Part shown: positions 13,001 to 22,918 of the stretch, in pieces
How positions within the stretch are numbered: the stretch's first letter is position 1
How the letters are laid out: each line of letters starts with the position of its first letter
NCBI RefSeq assembly: GCF_902652985.1
Contig: NC_047029.1
Span: 30,938,001-31,002,000 of the forward strand
Reading direction: 5' to 3'
Length of the DNA stretch: 64,000 nucleotides
DNA from: Pecten maximus
Taxonomy: Eukaryota
The notes under the pieces: generated by a model
What the model was told of the DNA's origin: nothing
The model's database searches: none
The model's input: the letters and a program-made list of their open reading frames with translations, nothing else
Made by a program: the position numbers and the translations under genes

Positions 13001-15816
13001 CATTAAAGATACAATATACAGTACTTAAAATTAGATATTGGGCTAACATTGTCATCTTATATAATTTATCTGTGTCTGCTTGCTGAATTACTGCCAAATT
13101 TTGACAAGGTGATGTTCCATGAAATTTAATCTCTGCGAACAAGTCCCAAACAGAAAATCAACAAAATATTAGCTTCTCAGACTTTATCAGCTATATACAG
13201 CATACTCTGACTTCTGCTAACATGTGCTATATCATATGATAAAAACTGATATATTAACTTCAATCTTAAATGGATACAGCACAAATCAATACGTTAATTA
13301 GTACAGGTTCAACTCCATTTTAAAAGCATTAGTTGTACATGTCACGATTTATTTCCTCCACAAACACATAAATGTCTTCAAATGGTAGAGTACTCTCGCT
13401 AAACACACAATTTAAACGATACATATCTAAATAAAAATCGAAATAATGAGTTGTGTACCTGGAAAGCCAATAGTTTCCGGCTGACTTGTGTTCTGGAAAA
13501 AGTTTCTGGAACTCGGACTTTCTTGTCTGTGTCTAGGAATCCAAGTCGGGAGTCTTCCTTTACATACCACATCACGTGACGTTTCCAGCTCTCTGATAGG
13601 TATGCATCTGCAGCTCCTTCCCACCTGTGTTGACAGAAATTGGGGCTGATCAAATATTTACAGTAGAAAAATTCAGGGACTATTTAAATCTGTATGCGCC
13701 CTATTAAGTATAAAATTTTGAAACACAAAAGCTCATAATGATATAAATGTCTTTATATAAAAAATGATGTCATATACTAAATTTAATGGATAAAACAAGA
13801 CTGTAGCAGAATTACTGTGGAGCTAACTGTTATGTTGAAACACACAATGCTGACTAACCCCATGGCCTTGGGTACGTATTACTAGGTATAAACGATTTCT
13901 AACAGAACTGTAGTCAAAATCTAAGCCAGGAACTATAAAATTACCTGTACTTGGAGGAAGCTGTCAGAAGCATCAACCACTCCCCGATATGTGGACAGGC
14001 CTTCTTTGTTCTTTGCTCTTCATTGTCAATAAACACCTGCAATTGTAATGACAAATGGAAATTAAACACCAACTGTGCACTGCTTCCTATTCAATAGAAA
14101 TGCGGAATGCAAGCATTTAAAGGCAAGTTCAATAATGCATGTCAGACCTTCATGCTGAGTTTGGTTGATGATTATGATATCAAATTCACACAACATACTC
14201 AGGTCGTGTATCTTAAACTTAAAGACATTTCATGTTCTTGAACGTGAAGATTTTAACTAATGCAAAGAAACTGGAAGACAACATGTTTTGTTTCTTCAAC
14301 TTATATAGAAGGTCCGTGGTAAAATATACTTTAGATAGTATTTATATCTGTAACATACCCGGGTAGTTATATCCAGCCATAAGCCCGTGTCTGACAATAA
14401 GCGCACCCATATCTATAGCAGTACAGTAAACTATTACAATTTATTCCGACATAGATGATCATGCTTCAATAAACCCATCTCTTACCTCTAATAAGTTAAG
14501 TTAATATGTTGTCCCCTGATCAGATACGACTAAGTAACGAAACTGGTCAGGTATTATACTAAATGAACGACATGGTTCCCTTCACAATACGGACAGCATG
14601 TAAGTGTCTTTTCCCAGTCAGTTTTTGTCCCTTGGGCTTATTTCAGGATAAATACTGTTTGTTCAAAAGTATGATTTACAACCTAAAACGTATAAAGCTA
14701 AGTATCAGGGTAAGTACCTTGAGTCTGGTGTCTATCTCTTTCTGCAGGGTTGGGTAGGTATCCAAGGCCCAGAGCATCAGCCTATGGAGAGCGAAGTACC
14801 CATTCAGAGCATTGTCGCTGGTATGCTGAGTCCCCTTACTGAACTCCACCACCGTGGCACTCATCAGGTTTGGGATGACCTTCAGCACCATATCCTCGAT
14901 TGGTGTCTTCTTGGGGTTACATTTCGGAAGTATGGCGGCACATTCTCTCAGAGTTGATTCGAACACCCCTTTTATCTTCGACCCATGGGGAGGATGTATA
15001 AACATGGGCAAAAAGAAGCTGATATCCTCACGCATCACACTCTTCACGTTCCCCGTTGCTTTCTTCATGCTTTCATAGGACTCAAGGGAAAATGCCTCAC
15101 AAGGTGTGGTCAGGGACGGTCTGTGTTTTGGCCCAGAAACAATCAGACCATATCCAAATAACTCAGAATCGGTTTTCGGAGTTCCTTTATTAAAGACTTC
15201 CTTTGACATATAATCAATAATTTCATGAATTGGTTCTGCTTTCTTTGTTTTCGGATCGACTTTCTTCTTTGTCGCTGTTTCTGGTTTACCATGATCTAAT
15301 GGCGGGAAGGGTTTCTTGTAAGTATGGCCACAATCTTCACATGAAAAATTCTTGGAGAGTTTTAAATTCACTTCCGTTGCATCTCGCATCCAGTAGCTGT
15401 CACCACTCTGGGTTTCGGCAAGGAAGGCAACTACATTGAGTAGAATTGTTTGAATTGTGTATCCAGGCGACCAGCCCACTGATTTCTGGTCTTTCCATTC
15501 CGTATGGATATCCGCAAAAGTCCGAGAAAATGTCCAGACAGACTTTTGTTCCTTTTTTACCAGGTTTTGTGGCTCCGCTATTGTACTGGAATCCGACTGG
15601 AACAAACTCAGCACTTGGGCTTTCGTAGGGGTAGTTCTCGGGAAAGAACAGTAAAAGATGGTAGATGATTTCATCATGTTTGAAATTACAGTGCCATTCT
15701 AACATATTGGATTCTAATGGACATGCCGACACATTTTCCACCGGTTCCTTTCTCAGTTCTGTCAAATCTTGCAACAGACGTTTAATGGCGCGCTTGGTTT
15801 GCTGGTTCTTCGACAT
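10073..15816 (-). CDS. Atypical ubiquitin-conjugating enzyme (E2/UBC) domain protein, ~704 aa: N-terminal UBC, large uncharacterised domain, basic/acidic tail; 1-nt frameshift in this sequence
   Basis: Coding exons 15816-14718, 14036-13945, 13624-13459, 12923-12762, 11261-11093 and 10500-10073, all GT-AG and phase-consistent. UBC motifs AIKRLLQDL, LEWH, FPENYPYESP, KVCLDIF (Cys codon 15538-15540) and GWSPGYTIQTILL. One extra T at 15516-15519 splits exon 2 into the two supplied ORFs. Kozak ACCATGT. Confidence 0.85.
11044..11080 (+). repeat. Short interstitial TTAGGG telomere-like tract (intronic)
   Basis: GGGTTAGGGTTAGGGTTAG...TTAGGGTTAGGG. Confidence 0.6.
11380..12750. repeat. Diverged ~58-60-bp intronic satellite (CTAGAGCTATTTCACACACAACTTGGATGTTTTATAGAACTAGTTGAGAGAAATTATGATGCAGT), >20 copies
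   Basis: Direct periodicity filling most of the 11262-12761 intron. Confidence 0.9.
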
Positions 15817-16169
15817 GGTTACCAGAATTTGGGTATCAGTAAGAGTCACCTGTCTGAAACATGGCAGTTTATATTAATTAATTATTGATCAACATACACA
15901 GCATGTAGCATAATGTTTCAGTGGGCTAACTCTATTTGAATCAAACCAAAAGTTACAGCATCTGCTTTCATAATTCTACTTTCATAATGAACGATTCATA
16001 TTGATATAATAACATTTTGTTCAAATAACCTCAAGCAAATATGATTCATTCACATAATCTAATAATTTGACAATATAATAAGGTTTTCTTTCGTCCCGTG
16101 TCTTTAGTCGCTCCTTCATCGTCATACAATAAAGGTCATCATTACCTTTATATACCGGTATTCAAGTAA

Positions 16170-17105
16170 TACAGAATATTGAATGGTTTCTCGTTTAATA
16201 TAAATATATATATATAATGCATCGAAATATTATGTCATACGATTGAAGTACAATGTATATGTTATATTAACGGGAAACCATCCATTTTTTTTTTTTTTTT
16301 TTTTTGCATTTTAAACATCAACTAGAAAATTCCAAACCTGAAAATATATAGACTAAACGTCTAACATATATGTTGGTAACTTCTGAATTCTACGTTGTGT
16401 CTGATCTTAGCTAGGTACATTATAGTAACACTTTATAGACCATTGATCAACTTCATTACAGATATATACTTTTTTTAACTTTCATACATATTTAGCTCAA
16501 CGGTTAACAAATGAAATTGTAAAATGACGCAACTTGTGTCATCTGTCAATTAATGATGATATATTGAGGATATTGAATAGTTTCCCGCTTAATATAACAT
16601 ATATAACGTATGCACTCGTGAAAATATCGATATTCTGTCATATTCCTGAAATATGAGTTTTACTAAACGGGACACCATTCAATTTTCTTTTTGCATATTA
16701 TTATGCATATATATCGTTCAAAAACGAAATACGCACTTGGCGTTAGCTATTCGTGCACAGATTCTCTGATAACAGCATATTGTGTTGATCAGTCCTTTCA
16801 AAATGGCGTCGTCAAGTTGACGTGGAATAACGTCACAAAGAGATGACGTCATAAATTATGTTACTGATTCCCGCACTTTTGGACACTATCAATTTTCCGG
16901 TGTATTTAATTTTGTTTTTAAGCATATAAAAAGCAATAAAAAGAAAATTGAATGGTTTCCCGTTTAATATAACATATGTTTCACTCGCATGACAGAATAT
17001 TTCGATAGTTTTCACTCGTGCTTCGCACTCGTGAAAATTTCGATATTCTGTCATACTCGTGAAATATATGTTATATTAAACGGGAAACCATTTAATACGC
17101 TCTAT
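16170..17105. mobile_element. Cluster of non-autonomous MITE-like elements with AATGGTTTCCCGTTTAATATAACATAT inverted repeats and a CACTCGTGCTTCGCACTCGTG core
   Basis: Inverted-repeat pairs at ~16180/16265, ~16575/16665 and ~16950/17070; segment 16730-16960 recurs inverted at 23570-23810. Confidence 0.7.
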
Positions 17106-17580
17106 CTCTTTCTCCCACATGGTGTTATATATCTTAAACCTGTTGAAGTTTATCTTTAACATTAGGAAGACGACGAGTAGACATAGAAGTTATAGCTTAC
17201 TTATAAGAAAATACATATAGGTTCTACTGACAGCCAATCAATTTCATTATCAAACAAGGAAGAATATTTTTTAACTATTTTCACCTGAGTCAGCAAGTTA
17301 CGTACAAACAAATAGATACATGTTTGTTTTACATGTGACTGGTTGGTACAGATACTAATCTGATAGCGATGATTCCAAGAACAGATCGGATTAGGGAGGT
17401 AAAGTCATCTAAATGATGAATATAGCTACATATACTCTAACTTGTGGGCTATAAATAGAACACCCCTACACCTACATGTAGGCCTAGTCAGTGACAGTCT
17501 AGGGGTCTAAAATCTGTGTAGATCGTCTACTGGACAATGTCACGAGCAGGCCAGTAGTTCCATGTGGTGTCACCACTTAC

Positions 17581-17650
17581 CTCGTCACACTTGTCCTACT
17601 CTGGTCGGCTTCGCCTTATATATACACAGTCGGCACTTCTGTGGGCGGGC
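17581..17650 (-). promoter_or_regulatory. Putative core promoter and short non-coding first exon of the UBC gene
   Basis: Minus strand reads TATATATAAG (17615-17624), then GAG|GTAAGT donor at 17581/17580; GC box at 17643-17649; the coding exon begins after an acceptor at ~15850. Confidence 0.55.
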
Positions 17651-18649
17651 CGTCTGATCATGTTCTAAAACGAAACAAAACATGTCAAGACAAGCGATAA
17701 GAAATCAGCCCGGATAACGGATTGACTTAATCAATACGGACCATTGAGCTGTCCTGTTTAAATACCGAAATAATACATTAAAACATTTTTGTTGAAAATA
17801 GGTAATAATTTATTTTTACCGTCTTTGGGTGTATTGCGCATTAATATATAACAAGGAAATGTCGGCTATTTGATAAACCAACCCATCCGTAAGTACACTC
17901 CGTTAAAGAAATGAAGGGGGCGTGGCACATAGTGTACGGTTTGGGAATGAAGAGAGGTAACTCTAATATAAATATGGCATCTTACAGTGTAAACGGAATC
18001 GTGTAAGCGTCATAGCGATTTTCTTTTCATTGAAGTAATGTTGGTATTTCTACTGTCAGAGTTTAGCAGCGCATCTCTATGAATCTAAATATTGCAGCGA
18101 AAACTGCAGAACGGCGAACTAAAGTCCCGTATCCCTCGGTAGGTGTCTTCGGGGTAGAGTCGGACACCCGCCACATTACCCGAGTTTAGAGAAATTGAGT
18201 GGTTCGTCAATAAAACACTATTCAACACCATTGTACAGTTCCAGTATTTTACTCAGCAACATCAGCATTCAAATGACAGTCACAGTTTACGGAGTAACTC
18301 GCAACTTTCGCATAAGAATATCCAGTTAAAACTCCAACTTCCCCTCCGCTTTCGCCCTTTTTATACAGAAACTTATAATTAATAAGTGTTACACTGTATA
18401 TCAAGAATACACATAATACTTAGAAAACCATGTAGTTCGTTATTAATTTTGAGACTTCCGACTCATTAGTATCACACACATACATTATTATTATACATAA
18501 ACATAGTTACGTGAAAGAGACAATATACCCGGAGAGCATAATTAAGTGAATGGAATTCTTTTGGCTTTAGCCGCTTTAACATAGTTGGCCAGTTTTTCTA
18601 ATGCTTTTGTGTTTCGTCCGTTAGGCCCTAAATAACTCTATCAATTTAA

Positions 18650-19285
18650 ACATTCAAAAAGCAAAAGCTCCTAGTTATTCATCTTCGCTAGCCAAGGCTT
18701 CTGATTGCGTTACACTACACGAACCCTTGGCTAGCGAAGATGCTAGTTATTATGGCTTCGGCGATAGGAAAATTAATATAATTCATACGAAGTTAAGGTA
18801 CCAAAACTGTTCTCTCAAATATGATTTATGTCGAGTAAACATGGTTGAAAATGCAGAATGCACTTGTGGTAACCCTTGTGAAAATGCCTTTCATTTTTTT
18901 CTTTATTTGTCCACATTATGTTATGCAAAGGCGTTTGCTTTTTCTTAGTCTTCAAAATTTAGATGTAGATATAAACCTAGAGTTACTTCTTTCTGGAAAT
19001 ACACAACTGCCCTTAGACATAAACAATTATTTTCAGAAATGTGCACAGGTTTATAAAAACCAGCAATATATTTAATAGTGTATCAAATTAATTTCTCCTG
19101 TACCTCCTTAGCTTTTGAATCTTCGGAGAACAATGTTACAAAAATATTTAAGTGATACTTTCACTCTCTATTTTTGGCAAATGTTGAACTTTAATTTGTA
19201 ATTGTATGGGAGAGGACGTTAATACAATGATGTTATAACTGATGTCCGATCCTATTTGCTTTGATTAATGAAAATAAGATATGTT
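18650..19285 (+). mobile_element. 5'-truncated CR1/L2-type LINE remnant (ORF2 C-terminal Cys/His region plus 3' tail)
   Basis: KAPSYYGFGDRKINIIHTKLRYQNCSLKYDLCRVNMVENAECTCGNPCENAFHFF/ICPHY..QR matches the HxxLR..CxCG..E..HFF.C..Y..R motif; frameshifted at a poly-T run. Confidence 0.75.
18680..18742 (+). mobile_element. 63-bp mini-MITE with 18-bp TIRs and a 9-bp TSD (Mutator-like signature)
   Basis: TIR CATCTTCGCTAGCCAAGG / CCTTGGCTAGCGAAGATG; TSD CTAGTTATT at 18671-18679 and 18743-18751; diverged inverted copy at 55108-55173. Confidence 0.85.
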
Positions 19286-19720
19286 TCTACCACAATACCC
19301 TGTGTTATCATTACAGCTGTTGATTAACAATCTGTTTATACCACACGTGGTATAAACTCTGTACGCATTTCGATTGGCTAACACGGTGAACTTTGACCCA
19401 AGCTGCAATTGTTATTGACGTCATCAATAATCTAATGACGTCACATCACCGGGTCCCGGACGTCACCGGTACACTTTATTTGCATACGCGAAATTATACT
19501 TGGCCACGTTTCCCTTTGATTCAAGCCGATATTATTGTGGTAGAAACAGGTCACACGACTCGAAATTGTTGGATATGGAATTTATTTCACACTCGTAAGT
19601 TAAATTTTAAAAGTTGCAAAAAACACTCGCTAAAGCTCGTGTCTTTTGTAACTTTTAAAAAATAACTTACTTGAAATAAATTCCATATCCAACCACCACT
19701 CGTTGTGTAACCTCTATTTA
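19282..19720. mobile_element. Non-autonomous DNA element with two sets of inverted repeats
   Basis: TGTTTCTACCACAATA (~19282) pairs with TATTGTGGTAGAAACA (~19533); GTTGGATATGGAATTTATTTC (~19568) pairs with GAAATAAATTCCATATCCAAC (~19673) around a CACTCGCTAAAGCTCGTG core. Confidence 0.65.
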
Positions 19721-19978
19721 AATCATCACTTCATCAAGAACTAAGGGGTATCATTTATCGATGTGTAAACACAAAGAAACCTATGGCAATCTAATTAAAA
19801 TCAGACTTGTTGTTTCCATTCCTCTACGATACTCCACGATACACTGATAAGTGACGTCACTCACATATACTGTTAACATTGGAATAGGTGGTATCACTTG
19901 ATATCACTTGGTCATTACTAAACGGGAATATATAGTTAAACACCAACCTGACCTTTCCATCATGTTTGCCGAAGATAT

Positions 19979-20113
19979 NNNNNNNNNNNNNNNNNNNNNN
20001 NNNNNNNNNNNNNNNNNNNNNNNNNNNNNNNNNNNNNNNNNNNNNNNNNNNNNNNNNNNNNNNNNNNNNNNNNNNNNNNNNNNNNNNNNNNNNNNNNNNN
20101 NNNNNNNNNNNNN
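19979..20113. other. Assembly gap (135 N)
   Basis: Run of n. Confidence 1.
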
Positions 20114-20895
20114 TAAGTCGTAGTAGTGCACTACGTTTAAACTAGTAGTGCACTATATTTAAACTGTACTAGCCACAGAGGTATTACATGTATATAATAA
20201 GCCATATCATTTGTAACGAACCCCTGTGTATTAGCTGTAATATACCTAATATACCACTTTTGGTTATATTAGATGGGCCGGGCCATTTATCCATGAAATT
20301 GTTTATCATTTAATTTGGGAAAGGGTACTAAAAGAAATTACTTACACTCGGCGGTCAGCTCACGATTTAAGTGTAGAAAAGGGTCGTTAATATTCAGCAA
20401 CACTTGAGAATTTGTACGGTGTGTCATCTAAATGATGTCGAAAATGAACATAATTTTCTTCTAAAATGTCTATGCTATGCTGATATAATTTTTGAAAAGT
20501 TACTATTTCAAAAAAGCCAAGCATGTTTGATTTAAACATATTTTATTGCTTTAGGTCATCAAAAGTAACAGTGAAATCACCTTTTCAAACTTTTAAATAT
20601 CACTAAAGCGACTAAGTAATCACTAAATGGGAATAAATAGTAAAAATCAGCAACACAAGCCGCTGTGATACAGTTCACGGGATATGTTATATATGATGAA
20701 CATTGACCAGCTGAAAGTATGGAATAGCGCAATGTTAACAAATGTCAGCTGAGTCGAGTAAGATCACTCACTCTATCTAAAAACAATACTTTAAAACTTT
20801 CTTGTAAAACATTTTCTAATTATTTTTCAAAAAAAAATGTAAAATAGATTGTAAATGAAGGAGACTTCTACATTCTCTCCCTCCATTTCCCTCTA

Positions 20896-21026
20896 ATTAG
20901 GGTTATTAGGGTTATTTAAGGACGTGCCAGGTTTTGGAGGTGGAGGAACGTCGGAGTACCCGGAGAAAAACCACCGGCCTACGGCCAGTACCTGGCAACT
21001 CCCCCACGTAGGTTTCGAACTCGCAA
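20896..21026 (-). mobile_element. 5'-truncated copy of the tRNA-derived SINE
   Basis: High identity to 9305-9427; ends just past the B box. Confidence 0.85.
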
Positions 21027-22918
21027 AGTAAAGTGCTTCAAACTGACTACGCAAATAAGACCGATTTTCTTTCAAAGTACACATTTTTTTAAATGAAACT
21101 TTATCAGAACCTGTAAAATGGATATACCAACGCAAAAAAAAAAACAAACAACGCAAACAAGAAATATCTTTAAAAAAGATAAACGGCATAGTTTTGATGC
21201 TGGTGGTTATAATGTAAAACTACTGGTGAAATAAATTAATGAACTACATTTTAATTAATAAATACGCAGTTTCAGCACGGATAACAAAATCATATCAGTT
21301 TGAATCATTTTTGGTGATAATAGGACTGCAAATGTGTCATTTGAATAGATGCATCCACTTATTCAGCTTGCATTCAATTTAAAAGGGACATCACGATAAA
21401 CGTTGCAATTTTCACTGAATGTACTCGTTTTGTTCCTTTCCAGTTATGTTTCTGTGCTGTCCCAATGTTCACAGTCAATCCCAATGTCCAGCTTGACCAC
21501 TCGATTTAGTTGGGAATCCCCCTCTTAATTTAGCGCGGAAATTATTTTTACATTATTACGTGACTGTTTTGAAATCGTGGCAACACAAACAGACGATAGT
21601 TTACAAGGCGATATCTATATTCCGTCTGGGTTAGTTGGATAACGATATTATACAGTGGTTTAAATGTTAAATAACACGTTCTGTATACATTACGGCACAC
21701 ATATTTACATATAGTATAGTGACAGTAGCGATGTACTGGTACACACTGTGTAAATATTACCGAGCTTGTGGAACTATTACAGAGTTTGTGTAAATATTAC
21801 AGAGATTGTCATGACCTACTATCAAACAATCAAGCAGAATACGAGCGGCGTCTGTATTACTGCTGTTTTCATGTTTGAACTGTTACAATCTATTGTACTG
21901 CTTCCCAAGTTTAATTCTAGGATTGTGTTTGACCCATTTCCCTATTATTCTCTTCATTGCGGAAGCTGTTGTCGTTTCCAACCGCAGTCGATTCACAATT
22001 TTTTTTTTATTCTCTTAGGTCCTTTAAAAATAAGGAGATCCTTGTTCGAAAAGTGAGACAATGAGATACTATATATTAGTACTTTCCTGTAGAATCAGTC
22101 TGCGCGTTGATCGCTGGCATAATCAAATATTCAGAAGTTTTAAAAAGGAAATACGATTATATCATAACAAAATCAAACATATCAACATATAAAAACAACC
22201 AATCAGACAGCTGGTTCTGGTGTGTATTTCCTTAGCACGACTGCACAATAGAAAAACAGACAAAACATCAGCTGGGTTTTATTCCTGACGTCTGGAAAAT
22301 ATTATCGAAGTATGACTTACAAAATTATCTTTTAAACTATTTACGATATGTGGAATTTCCGACAAAACAGTCCTGGAAATGAATTATAAAAACTTCAATA
22401 GGCAATACAGAAAATATCTTATTGACTGAAAGACTCGACGCAAATGCTGACTTTTTGAGACACCGGGATATTCATGATACCTACCAGCAATCTATCTAGT
22501 ATGAGAGAGACAGTCTTGACATTTATTGAGACCAATAACAACTACAGTATATCAGAGACCTATATACTAAATAGTCTCTGAGTAGGCTATATGATGTAAT
22601 ATTATCCACAATTGTGTCAAATGTCTATTTTGCTCTTTATTCTATAATCTCGTATCAGAGGAATAAAAAATGATTTTATTTGATTATTAACATACAAAAA
22701 CAACTCGCTGGTTCTAGTGTGTATATTAAATTTCTGATTTCAATGTGTTTCCCCGCGAAATATGGAGTTGTCGTTCTTTTGTTGCCGTAGTTCGTGTCAT
22801 TGACACACGTACATGTTGGTGCTGTAAAACTGTTTCCGGTGTTGGAGGGCATCGGAAAAATGAAACATTGACGATATTGCAGTAGTGGTATATCGCCTTC
22901 GATTGCAGATTTGACAAA

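Noticed and set aside
15500-15530. Programmed ribosomal frameshift in the UBC gene
   Set aside because: No slippery heptamer or shifty stop is present; a homopolymer error or null allele is more parsimonious
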